Shown here in pieces: positions 38,044 through 47,680 of a stretch of 64,000 bases of DNA. The position numbers were made by a program, and so were the translations under genes. Position 1 is the stretch's first letter. Each line of letters begins with the position of its first letter. The stretch comes from Candidatus Bathyarchaeota archaeon (lineage in GTDB: Archaea; Thermoproteota; Bathyarchaeia; Bathyarchaeales; Bathycorpusculaceae): contig OY970280.1 in assembly GCA_963715865.1 (NCBI GenBank), positions 832,001 through 896,000 on the forward strand. The letters are read 5' to 3'. Below the pieces are notes generated by a model. The model saw nothing but the letters and a program-made list of their open reading frames with translations. It searched no databases and was not told the DNA's origin.

Positions 38044-39300
38044 TCAGAGCTTGGAAAGCCTAACCGATAAAAAGGGAATGATCATTTCTTCGCTTGTCAT
38101 GCCTCCATGCGTTCCTAACTGTTGATGAACCCTATCATCTTCAAAGAAAGGATACTGCAAAGCGTTTTGCCTAGTGCCTAAAGCTGTAAAGTCTCCAACT
38201 TTTTCCTTTAGCCCTTCAGGATCCATCGGTTGCCCGAAGGCACCCTTATCGATTAATTCATTAGAGGAAAAAAGCTTGAACCCTTCAATGTTCTTTTTGA
38301 AGGCATCTGGAAAAGACTTGAGTTGACCTGGCTTTGAAAAAAGAAAAGTTGCTCTGCTATCACCAACTGGAGGCAGCATCAGTCGCGCCATTACTTCACT
38401 AGCATCCTTTAAGAAGTATGTTTTTCGTGTTTCCGCTACTCCATGGTCAGCCGTCAAGAGCATTAACGTTTCCTTCTTTGTCTTCGCTGAGAGTCCGCTA
38501 ATAAAATTCCTAATATCATGTTCTAAAGAGGTTAATTCAAAAGTTACCTCTTCTGAGTATGGCCCATATCTATGCGCAAGAGTATCAATCCCACTATAAT
38601 ACATTACAAGTAAAACGGGCTCTTGCTGTTCGAGCGCCTTCCTTGATCGCACTAGCATGTCAGACCCCAACAGGTAAGGTATCAACTTTTGGTCTTTATG
38701 TATAACCTGAGACAACCCGCTTCCAGCAATCGATGCTTTAGTCGCAACTAACGTTTTAACACCATTTTGTTCCAGACGGGGTAGCCATGGCTTGATATTT
38801 TGCGAGTAGTCTTTAGCTAAATCAACTTGGCCACTGTAACCATAAACTGGCCTCATATTCAAAGTATCGAAAACCAAGCCGTATTTTTTAGAGAACATGT
38901 GATAGCCAAGTATTTGATGTTGCGCAGGTGACAGACCGGTGAATATGCTTGCTAAGACAGTTGAAGTTGTCGAGGGAAAAACTGTAGTTAAAGGTTTAAG
39001 AGTACCTTTCTCAGCCAACTCCATGAAAGTTCCGTCATGGCTGTTTAGATGAGAAAGAAAACGCTTATACCCCAACCCATCCAAAATAAGTAAAACAAGT
39101 TTCTTGACGTCTTGTAAATCATCAAAATAATCATTAGGAAAACTTGGCGCGCCATGAGAGGTTATACCAAAAATTGCTCCAATTTGAGGCAAAATATTCT
39201 TAACATTAAGCCTTTGATAGTCAGGCAAAACAAAATCTTCATCAAAAGACCGCTCCCTTGAGAGAATTTCCATTTGCTCTTTAAAAATATCAGTTCTCAT
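38044..39300 (-). CDS. Alkaline phosphatase superfamily / nucleotide pyrophosphatase-phosphodiesterase
   Basis: 'LILDGLG', 'TVFPSTT', 'DTLAHRYGP', 'TADHG', 'GTHGG'. Confidence 0.92.
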   Translation of the reverse strand: MRTDIFKEQMEILSRERSFDEDFVLPDYQRLNVKNILPQIGAIFGITSHGAPSFPNDYFDDLQDVKKLVLLILDGLGYKRFLSHLNSHDGTFMELAEKGTLKPLTTVFPSTTSTVLASIFTGLSPAQHQILGYHMFSKKYGLVFDTLNMRPVYGYSGQVDLAKDYSQNIKPWLPRLEQNGVKTLVATKASIAGSGLSQVIHKDQKLIPYLLGSDMLVRSRKALEQQEPVLLVMYYSGIDTLAHRYGPYSEEVTFELTSLEHDIRNFISGLSAKTKKETLMLLTADHGVAETRKTYFLKDASEVMARLMLPPVGDSRATFLFSKPGQLKSFPDAFKKNIEGFKLFSSNELIDKGAFGQPMDPEGLKEKVGDFTALGTRQNALQYPFFEDDRVHQQLGTHGGMTSEEMIIPFLSVRLSKL

Positions 39301-39339
39301 TAAGCTCTATCAAAATAATAATCCGTTAAGGAATATTAA

Positions 39340-39680
39340 CTTTGAACTCGTCAAAGCGAGCTCTCACTTGTTTAACAATAAAATCTCTTAAGGCTTCTCC
39401 TTTCAAAGTGGTTCTTCCCCTTATGCTTAACAAGCCAAAACAGAGTCTTCCAGTGTATCTCTTGCCCATCTTTCAAAGTCTCAACGATAATAATGAAAAG
39501 CCAGCGATAGATTATCGATTTTTTCTATTGCCTTAGCAAAATCTGCCAAGCTATTCGCTTTTTCCCCAATTGCGTGTCCTATGGCTTTGTAGAAATAGAA
39601 GCTTTCTTGATCAGAGAGTGTTCGTAAAACCTTGTTAACGTCAACCTGAAATGGTACTTGTTCGCCGCCACAAGATTCCA
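39340..39680 (-). pseudogene. Second DUF5752 gene, disrupted
   Basis: 'FYFYKAIGHAIGEKANSLADF...FHYYR*DFERW' (TGA for Gly at 39481), then a frameshift to 'LKGEALRDFI'. Confidence 0.8.
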
Positions 39681-39838
39681 GAACTGGAAATTGACTCATA
39701 ACAACATCCACCAAAAAAGCAGTCATCAAAAAGAACATACTAGCATTTGTGGCTACACAAACACACCAACATACACTCATAACACTAAGAAAAATTACCA
39801 AAGACATAGCCTTTTCAAAACTTGGCAGTGGATAGTGC

Positions 39839-40033
39839 TTGTTAGATAATAATGCATACAACCTACTAATGCAACTAACGCAGGAGCACAAGATGCTCTG
39901 GCGAATAAAAAACAGTTACAGAAAGATGCCAAAGCTTGCTCTGAATGCAAAGAATTTTGGGCTAAAACTCGAAAAGGAAGGAGAAGAACGCAATGAACGC
40001 CTCGAACAACTCCTAAAGCCACACATCAAATAG
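39839..40033 (+). CDS. Small ferritin-like/helical protein with two compensating frameshifts
   Basis: 'MLDNNAYNLLMQLTQEHKMLWRIKNSY'; shifted frame between ~39920 and ~39967 reads 'DAKACSECKEFWAK'. Confidence 0.65.
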   Translation: MLDNNAYNLLMQLTQEHKMLWRIKNSYRKMPKLALNAKNFGLKLEKEGEERNERLEQLLKPHIK

Positions 40034-40089
40034 CCCAAACAAAGCGATTGCTTACACTCTGTTAATTCTAATCTATAGGAGGTGGAAAA

Positions 40090-40641
40090 TTGACTGAAGA
40101 AAAAAAGAAAATGTACTACTACTATGGCGGCAAAGAAAAGAAAGCCGGTGAAATAAGAAAGCGAGAAGAAGAGATAGTTCCGTACTCTTTCCAACGAGAC
40201 TTTGACAGGATGATGGAAAGGTTCCAACGTGAATTTAATGACTTATGGCAAGGGCCTCCAAAAATGAGGCATTGGATACAGTGGAAACACGGATTTCCTA
40301 TGATGCCTTTCGGGCAAACAATGATGCCATCTGTTGATATAGAAGACCGCGGAAAAGATTTCCGGTTGACTGTTGACCTGCCTGGCTTCAGTAAGGAGAA
40401 TGTTGAAATTGAAGTTGCCGAAGACGCGATCATGATTCACGCTAAAAAAACTATGGCAGAAGAAGAGAAACAGAAAAACTATGTCCGCAAAGAAAGAGCC
40501 GCTCAAACATATTACAGAAGAATTGAGCTGCCTGAAAAGGTGCGCTCAGACGATGCAAAAGCAAGCTTGAACAACGGTGTACTTGAGATTGTCTTGCCAA
40601 AGAAAGAGCCTAAGGAAACCAAAAAACTAATCCCAGTGTAA
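40090..40641 (+). CDS. hsp20: Small heat-shock protein (Hsp20/alpha-crystallin)
   Basis: 'VDIEDRG...VDLPGFSKENVEI', 'ASLNNGVLEIVLPK'; GGAGGTGG SD. Confidence 0.95.
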   Translation: MTEEKKKMYYYYGGKEKKAGEIRKREEEIVPYSFQRDFDRMMERFQREFNDLWQGPPKMRHWIQWKHGFPMMPFGQTMMPSVDIEDRGKDFRLTVDLPGFSKENVEIEVAEDAIMIHAKKTMAEEEKQKNYVRKERAAQTYYRRIELPEKVRSDDAKASLNNGVLEIVLPKKEPKETKKLIPV

Positions 40642-40782
40642 ACAAAAAAGAGATCGTTCAACCTATCAAGGTTTTCCTTTTTTTTCAACCCTTGTAAGTG
40701 CTTAATAGCAACCACTTAGTCTTAAGAAATCTAAACGACAAACTAACTTTATTACCAAATTATTTAACTAACATCACACTAA

Positions 40783-41798
40783 ATGTTATTACGGTGTGCT
40801 TTTTTTGAGGTTCAAAACTGGAGCGGTCTTTTCTTGAAGAAGGGTTAGCGGACTGTGGCATTCGCCTGTTTAAAGAGGCATTGAACGGGGCAAACGTTGA
40901 TCAAGTTAAGGATTTTGAAGTCGTCTCAGTGTTCATTTACTCCAACCTAAACAGAAGTACTATTGATAAGCTAACTAAAGCCCGTTTAATCGCTACTCGC
41001 TCAACAGGCTTCGATCACATTGACCTTCAAGCTTGCAAGAGCAGAGGAATTTTAGTTTGCAATGTTCCTCTTTACGGTGAGGTCACGGTTGCTGAGCACA
41101 CGTTTGCTTTGATTCTTTCCCTATCACGGATGATTCATGATTCCTACCAGAGGACTCGTCAGGGAGACTTTACATGCGAAGGTGTTCGAGGCTTTGATTT
41201 AAACGGCAAAACCCTTGGCGTGCTGGGGACAGGGAGGATTGGCTCTAAAGTGATTGAGATTGCCAAGGGCTTTAAAATGAAGGTTTTGGCTTTTGACAGG
41301 TTTCCAAACTGGAATTTGGTAGATGCATTAGGATTTGAATACACGGAATGGCCGGATTTGCTGTCACAGTCGGATATAGTTACCCTTCATTTGCCATTCA
41401 ACAAAGACACATATCACTTTTTGAACAAGGATACAATCAGCCGCATGAAAAAAGGCGCCATCGTAATCAACACTGCAAGAGGAGGACTCATTGATACTCA
41501 AGCCCTTACTGAAGCACTGTTAAACGGTCACCTTGGAGGTGCTGGCTTGGACGTTTTAGAGGAAGAAGCGCTCATTCGTGAAGAGGCTCAGCTCCTTTTG
41601 GATAATGTTCCAAGGGAACGGTTAGCAACGATGCTGCGCGCGCACATTCTTTTGACTTTCAAAAACGTTATCATAACGCCACACTGCGCATTCAACAGCA
41701 AGGAATCATTGGAGAGGCTCGTTAATGCCACCATTGAAAACATTAAAGCCTTCATTGATGATAAACCGCAAAACTTAGTAAGACAATTACCTTCTTAA
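40783..41798 (+). pseudogene. D-isomer 2-hydroxyacid dehydrogenase (D-lactate dehydrogenase-like), 5' frameshift near 40820
   Basis: 'RSTGFDHID', 'GTGRIG', 'NTARGG', 'TPHCAF'; N-terminus MLLRCAFFEVQNW in another frame. Confidence 0.85.
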
Positions 41799-42133
41799 GC
41801 CGAAAAATAAAAACATTCGCAGACAAAGAAAAACCCTTGATTAAGGCATTAATTAAGATAAAAAGCAAAAATAAAGAGCTTAAGCTAGGCATACTTTATG
41901 CGATAGATAAAGAGACTAATGGAGGCTTCTTCACACAGAATAAACTTCTGGAAATAATCTGCAAGTAAATTGGTTGTTTCGATGGCTGAAGAGACGTAGA
42001 AGAGCGTTTTTTCGGCTGGGTTTGCCTTGCTCCTTGCCGTCAATGCGAGAAATAATAGATCAAAACCCATCTGGTTAACAAATCACCAATAATCTTTAAT
42101 CGAGAGATTGAAAAAAATAAGGATATATTTGTC

Positions 42134-42370
42134 TTAGTGGTCAATTATCATAAGTGTTAGTGAGCTGGTTACGCCGGCTATCTGTCTTATTCGTAATTTA
42201 ATTATGTCTTTTAGCTTGTCAATGGTTTGGGCTTTGATTTTGATTATGAGGTCGTAGACGCCGTATAAGCCATGGGCCTCTTCTACTCCCTCAATATGTT
42301 TTAGACTTTCTATTACTTCATCTTGGGATGACCCTAATTCCGTATTTACTAACACTACTGCAGATATCAT
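42134..42370 (-). CDS. Lrp/AsnC ligand-binding (RAM) domain protein
   Basis: 'AVVLVNTELG...EEAHGLYGVYDLIIKI...IRQIAGVTSSLTL'; start revised using the GAGGA SD. Confidence 0.9.
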   Translation of the reverse strand: MISAVVLVNTELGSSQDEVIESLKHIEGVEEAHGLYGVYDLIIKIKAQTIDKLKDIIKLRIRQIAGVTSSLTLMIIDH

Positions 42371-42517
42371 GCATTTTTCCTCTTTGTTTCGCATCTACTC
42401 GCGACAAGATAGTTAAGAGTGTGTTGTTGCACAACAGCAGTCACATGCTTTCTTATTTCTCAATGATCCTTATGCATGATTTAACTAAAAAATAACACAA
42501 AAAGGAGGAGTGGTTGA

Positions 42518-42865
42518 ATGGATTTTTGCTCAGAATGCGGGTCTCGTCTCACTCCAAAAAAGGTGACATCTGGAGGGCACGTTATGTTTGTGCTTGCATG
42601 CAGCAAATGTGGGCACAAGGTAAAAGACCCAAATGAAAACGTCAAATTAACCGGCAAGACAGTAAAGCACAGTCCAAAACAAATGGTTGCAATTATAGAT
42701 AAAGAAAAGCAACTTAGTACATTGCCGACAATACAAGTCGCATGCCCAAGGTGTGGAAACAACGCTGCTTATGCTTGGCAGGTGCAAACAAGAGGCGCAG
42801 ATGAGTCATCCACCCAATTCCTAAGATGCACAAACTGCGAATACACCTTTAGAGAGTCCACATAA
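42518..42865 (+). CDS. tfs: Transcription factor S (TFS/RpoM)
   Basis: Two Zn ribbons; 'QTRGADE' acidic hairpin. Confidence 0.96.
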   Translation: MDFCSECGSRLTPKKVTSGGHVMFVLACSKCGHKVKDPNENVKLTGKTVKHSPKQMVAIIDKEKQLSTLPTIQVACPRCGNNAAYAWQVQTRGADESSTQFLRCTNCEYTFREST

Positions 42866-43043
42866 GCCGTATTTAAGAAGACCTCAAAGTTTGTAACTGT
42901 GTACAGTCACATCATTATTTATCATTCAACATGGACTCATTGTTAATAACGCGCAGAAAGGATTAGCCTAAAAGCGTGAGGCAAATGGTTAACTTAGATG
43001 CAGGCGAACGATTCCCCCCTCTCTAGCGCGCGAAAAACAGGAC

Positions 43044-43418
43044 ATGCATATCTGCGAGAAGTGCAAGCCAACTGAGAATAAAGTCACAAATCTCTTGGAA
43101 AGAAGTTTCCGCTTCCGATGCTTAAAAATAGATGATCTTGCTTTGCGCAACATTATGGAGGAGAAGCTTGTTGCGGTCACGGTGCATGCGACCGTGAAAG
43201 GTAAACCCTTTGTCGTAAGCGTTGCTTTCTCCTTCGAACACTTGAAAGCTTGCGAGAAATGCGGGGCGTATCCGCTGAAAGTGATAAGTGACAGAACAAG
43301 CACGCAGGACGTTGGGAAGGAAGAGCACATTGTAAGGCTGGTTTATTACGAGTGCCCTGCTGGGCATCAAAGCCAGCTCAGAAAGGTTATCCAGAAAAGG
43401 TTTCCGTGGAGGAATTAG
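43044..43418 (+). CDS. Cys-rich Zn-finger-like hypothetical protein (mobile-element type)
   Basis: CEKC, CEKCG and CPAGH motifs; runs into the ATPase SD. Confidence 0.7.
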   Translation: MHICEKCKPTENKVTNLLERSFRFRCLKIDDLALRNIMEEKLVAVTVHATVKGKPFVVSVAFSFEHLKACEKCGAYPLKVISDRTSTQDVGKEEHIVRLVYYECPAGHQSQLRKVIQKRFPWRN

Positions 43419-43420
43419 AA

Positions 43421-44863
43421 TTGAGTTACAGGACGATACGAAATTTCAGTTACGCCAAGAAACTCAAGGCCAAGCCTGGCGTACACAACTTCAAATTTGA
43501 AGGCCAGCGAGCCAAGGGGCTGATAGCGCCAGACGGCAGGTCACTCAAAATCATTGGCGCTTCGCCAAGCGTCGCTAAACAAATAAAGCAGATTCCAGCG
43601 GGCACGAAGCTTGTGCCTGACGGAAACGTTCTGCGGAAACGGTCAACTTCCCCTGCGCCTGCAAAAGCTTCTCCCGTCTCTCCCGTCTCTACTGCTTCCA
43701 CCGTTTCTCCAACTTCTACTGCTTCTCCCGCACTAGTAACTCCTCCTGCTCCTGCACCAGCCGTAATCGTACCTGCTAAACCTGTGCAGACAGCGCAACA
43801 ACCCGATGAGGAAGAAGAATCTACTAGCAATATTGTGGCGCTTGCTTCTCCCCCTGTCTTGAGCGATAAGGATTGTGAGGCTGCAAGAGCCATTCCTATT
43901 CCAGCCACAGGGCCGATTCCTACGAAGTACATCGATTGGAATGCGATTCCAGAAAACTGTAAGGTCAAAGGCATTTCCTACTACGATTACCCAACTGATT
44001 CTGCTCCTAAAGGATTCCTGCCACTTTTGCGTGACTGTTTCAGGCTCAACAGGCTTTATCAGCATAAGAAACCGACGAATGTGATGATAGTCGGACCGCC
44101 AGGTACTGGAAAATCAACGTTGATCAAAAAGTTCGCTGAGGACACAGGTTTACCGTACTGGCAGATTATCGGACAAGACGGTTTGACAGCGGAAGACTTG
44201 CTGGGCAGATCGCACATGAGGGTGAAAAACGGGTCGACTGTGGATGTTTGGGAAGACGGCATAATTCCTAAAGCAGTGCGGAGCGGTGGCATTCTGCACT
44301 TTGACGAAGTGAACGTGTTCCCCCCTTCCGTTATGTTACGTCTTGACGAGTTGCTGGATGCTAAACGGCAGTTGAACATGCAGGACTTGAACGGCGAAAT
44401 CGTTAAGGCGCATCCTGACCTGTTCATCATATTCACGAAGAACCCTGACAACTACAACGGCGTTAACCCTGTGCCTCCTGCCGTTATAAACAGGACTAAG
44501 GTGCTTTGGCTACCATTTGCGCCTATGAATGTTGAGTTGAACATCCTGCAAAGCCAGCTTCGGGCTCTCGGCATAAAGGCCAACGAGTTCTCTGTTAATC
44601 CTAAAGGCGTCACTTCGGGCAAGATGGGGTCAGAAATAGCGGATTTCGTCAAGATCGTTGACAACCTGCGGAAGAACAAGCAATTACCAAGCCACCCAAG
44701 CATGAGGCAAACACTGGATTTCGCGCTTGCTTTACGGAACGGTGACAGCTTCCAAACAGCGTTCAACGGAACTATCAGAGACTACTACATTGCCCAAGAC
44801 GAGGAACAGTACGGCCAAGCAATGGATCAAGTGCTACGTGATGTGGGAAGATCAAAACCGTAA
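43421..44863 (+). CDS. MoxR-type AAA+ ATPase with extra N-terminal domain and P/A/S/T linker
   Basis: Start revised to TTG 43421 behind GGAGG; GPPGTGKS, 'LHFDEVN', 'TKNP', 'AVINR'. Confidence 0.88.
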   Translation: MSYRTIRNFSYAKKLKAKPGVHNFKFEGQRAKGLIAPDGRSLKIIGASPSVAKQIKQIPAGTKLVPDGNVLRKRSTSPAPAKASPVSPVSTASTVSPTSTASPALVTPPAPAPAVIVPAKPVQTAQQPDEEEESTSNIVALASPPVLSDKDCEAARAIPIPATGPIPTKYIDWNAIPENCKVKGISYYDYPTDSAPKGFLPLLRDCFRLNRLYQHKKPTNVMIVGPPGTGKSTLIKKFAEDTGLPYWQIIGQDGLTAEDLLGRSHMRVKNGSTVDVWEDGIIPKAVRSGGILHFDEVNVFPPSVMLRLDELLDAKRQLNMQDLNGEIVKAHPDLFIIFTKNPDNYNGVNPVPPAVINRTKVLWLPFAPMNVELNILQSQLRALGIKANEFSVNPKGVTSGKMGSEIADFVKIVDNLRKNKQLPSHPSMRQTLDFALALRNGDSFQTAFNGTIRDYYIAQDEEQYGQAMDQVLRDVGRSKP

Positions 44864-44877
44864 ATGGAGAATAGTTA

Positions 44878-45444
44878 ATGCCGTACAGTAGCACCGCCCA
44901 CACGCAATACGGCAACCAAAAACTGCCGATGGCTATTCAAGCCAACATTTCAGGCCTAACCCTTTTCCGATCCAAGTTTCTAAGCGGAAAAAACAACATC
45001 CTGATTTCGCCAAACAAAGATAGCAAAGGCTACAGCGTTGGCCGACAGAAACTGCAGAACGGCGCTACTATCTTCAACATAAACGTTCCCCATTGGGAAA
45101 CGTACATCCTTCCTTTGGATGACAAAGACAAATACCGCATATACGTGAACGGTTGCTGGCACGAATCGATGCATTGCAAATATACGCCAGACGAGGTTTA
45201 CAGTTTCGGGGCAACGGTGTCCACAGACCCCTATGAGAAGGGCGTAGTGACAGTGTCGCTCTGTCCAATCTGCAAGCCATCTGAAGACTGGCTTGGAAAA
45301 TATGCATATTCTGAAAAGGTGCGTAGTTCGGGTTTATGGAATTCTAGCTATGTCTTTGAAGCCGAACAAAGACTTAACCCATATGACCTGGAAAAACTTC
45401 AGGAGATAATAGGTCAAACTTTGAACCTTTGGAAAAGAGCCTGA
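44878..45444 (+). pseudogene. Chimeric ORF: N-terminal HExxH domain of a MoxR partner fused to an unrelated C-terminus
   Basis: 'WHESMHCKYT' but no vWA domain; 'SLCPICKPSEDWLGKY...RSSGLWN' resembles the tail of a different protein family. Confidence 0.6.
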
Positions 45445-45999
45445 CTATTTTTTGAATTTGTCCAAATCAAATTACTGTGTAATACTCTTTTGTGCCTTAT
45501 ATCTTACGAATTCATAACACTTTTTTCTAAGTGTGGCCCTTTATAGACAGGGTCATAGCAATTGGATAAGCGGCGCACTAATCCCGGCTCTTTATTGTAG
45601 CCGCCAAAAACATTGACTTGCTGCCCATTAACACCCATGGAGAGCGAATTCGTAGTCGTGTTTGGTGGAGGGCGAGGAATTGCTTGAATGGCACTCCCTA
45701 TGTTCATGGATGGTGCAGCGCTACGCCTATCCGATGTGTTAGTCGAGTTAAAGATAGATGCAGATGGTGTTCCAAATAGCACCAAAATTATGCAAATGCA
45801 TAGAAACCGATTAGTTAACTGGTTCAGTCTCTCTCGCCTGTTTTTTAATTTACTGGTTTCAGAAACTTGAGTATGTTTAGATTTTATATTTAAGATTAAC
45901 CTATTTGCCTCGTAACTTGCCGACTATAAAAAATCATGCAAATTTTTATCTGATGCCTTAAAGTACAATTTAAACCCCAAAAGCCCAAACAGCTTAATT

Positions 46000-46641
46000 T
46001 TAGCGCTTGCGTTTCTTGAAGTAGACCAGAAGACCAGCGCAAGCAACAGCAACCAGAGCTACAGAAGCAGTTATTACTAATGTTGTTGAGAAGGAGTTTT
46101 GAGCTACGGTGACATCGTGAGGTATGGTGAAATTTTGAAATATTATGAAGGTTATTGGTTCAGAGTCTGCATTCACTGGGTAACTATTAAGCGCTGTATA
46201 ACCATTATTCACGTAGAAGCTATCTGCTTCAGCGCTTACCGTAATGTTATGCGCTCCTGATGTCAAAGTTAGGTTAGCTGAAAAGTTCAAGGTTCGTGGT
46301 GGGTAATTATTGAAAGGAGAATCGATGTCATGCACTGTAATATGGCGTTCACCGCCGTCCACTACGTAATATACAGAGGTTACATTTCCAAAAACGTCAT
46401 AGGCACCAGTAGGATACCATGCGTCAGGTTTGATTACTGAGAAGTTTAGCCAAACGTTGGGCGAATCGTAAGTTTCATTTTGAGCAGGCGAGTTCACAAC
46501 AATTGTTGGCGGCGTCTTAATGGGGTTAGGAGGAAAGGGAAATAATGGTGCAGGATTAGCCGTTGTCAAACCAACAAATGCAGTTGTATAAGAAAGCAAT
46601 ATTGCCAATATTAGAGATAACCCTAATACTGTTTTCTTCAT
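46000..46641 (-). CDS. Secreted Ig-like surface protein with C-terminal anchor (LLVYFKKRKR)
   Basis: Signal peptide, 'PTIVVNSPAQNETY...LNFSV', 'GAHNITV', TM plus basic tail. Confidence 0.88.
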   Translation of the reverse strand: MKKTVLGLSLILAILLSYTTAFVGLTTANPAPLFPFPPNPIKTPPTIVVNSPAQNETYDSPNVWLNFSVIKPDAWYPTGAYDVFGNVTSVYYVVDGGERHITVHDIDSPFNNYPPRTLNFSANLTLTSGAHNITVSAEADSFYVNNGYTALNSYPVNADSEPITFIIFQNFTIPHDVTVAQNSFSTTLVITASVALVAVACAGLLVYFKKRKR

Positions 46642-46780
46642 GATTTTCTAACTCTTGCATCTCTTACAATAGCGTTGGAACCATATCAAATATAAGTGTA
46701 TTCGTCAAGGTTTCTCGACTAACCAAATGCTGACTGAGCAATTTCATTTCATATCTCCAAAAACCCAAACAACTTAATTT

Positions 46781-46939
46781 TCAGTGCTTGCGTTTTTTGA
46801 AGTAGACCAACAAACCAGCAACCACCACAACCGCTGCTGATGCTCCTGAAACAGCGGCAACAGTTGCGGTTGGAAAAGGCTCTATCTTTGTGTTAGGAGG
46901 CGTGACTGTGGGCGAAGGAGACGGCGAAGGAGTAGGCGA
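46781..46939 (-). pseudogene. Orphan C-terminal linker and anchor of a paralogous surface protein
   Basis: Hand translation SPTPSPSPSPTVTPPNTKIEPFPTATVAAVSGASAAVVVVAGLLVYFKKRKH*, no start; 3' flank resembles that of 46000..46641. Confidence 0.8.
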
Positions 46940-47303
46940 AGCAAGCCAGCATCTCAAACGGCGAGAGCCTCAGCAGGATAGTCCAAAATGCTACGTTGAG
47001 AACGGTTTCGGGTTACAGGATTGTGCCGCCGCTTAGTACAGGATCTGAAGCAAGACTACTGATGAACGAATATCTCAGACAGGTGTATCGTGGGCAATGA
47101 CGATTTTTGTACAACTGCTTGACTTGACCACTGGATTCATCAACTTCTATGGAACACTCGGTTGTGTCCAGCCGAGAAGAGTGGGCGATCTGCAACTCGT
47201 AAACTCGATAGCCATTTGATGTCGAGTAACCGAGACAAATTATTTATTAAATCACGCTGCTTTTGCGGGGCAGGGGTGCGACGAGCCGAACTTGAACCCA
47301 AAC

Positions 47304-47436
47304 CAGACTGCGTGAAAACTCAAACCGCGTTCAAAAAGTTGCGCTCTACGTGTATATGCAGCAGCGTCCTGCTACCAACATTTTTCACACAAAAAAAGCA
47401 TTTTCCTGAAACTCAATCGAGTTTTTACACAGTCTC
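47304..47436 (+). mobile_element. MITE copy 1 (133 bp), IS1182-like ends
   Basis: TIRs CAGACTGCGTGAAAACTC / GAGACTGTGTAAAAACTC (15/18), AAAC duplicated at 47300-47303 and 47437-47440, inside TTGAACCC...GGTTCAA. Confidence 0.8.
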
Positions 47437-47680
47437 AAACAGGTTCAAGCCCCAGACCAAACGCAAGCAGTTAAACTCTTGTTTAGTCTGTAAACTTAGG
47501 GTTTGCTAAATCTAGTCTCAGCCTTCACCGATTAAGAGTAAGTTGTTCTGCCATAAATGACCTTCGGCAAATTTAGTGTCGTTTCTGAAATTGTTCACAT
47601 GGGGTAACCTGAACTCCTTTTGTGGTCTGAGAACACATATTACAATAAGCCTTGGCAAAAGTTTCTCGCAAGTTGAAACT

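Noticed and set aside
39481-39483. Selenocysteine read-through of the TGA in the second DUF5752 gene
   Set aside because: The paralogue has Gly here (RGDF) and a frameshift follows; this is a nonsense mutation.
45504-45870. ORFs 45504..45785 and 45688..45870
   Set aside because: Overlapping opposite-strand frames with no recognisable motif; probably decayed DNA.
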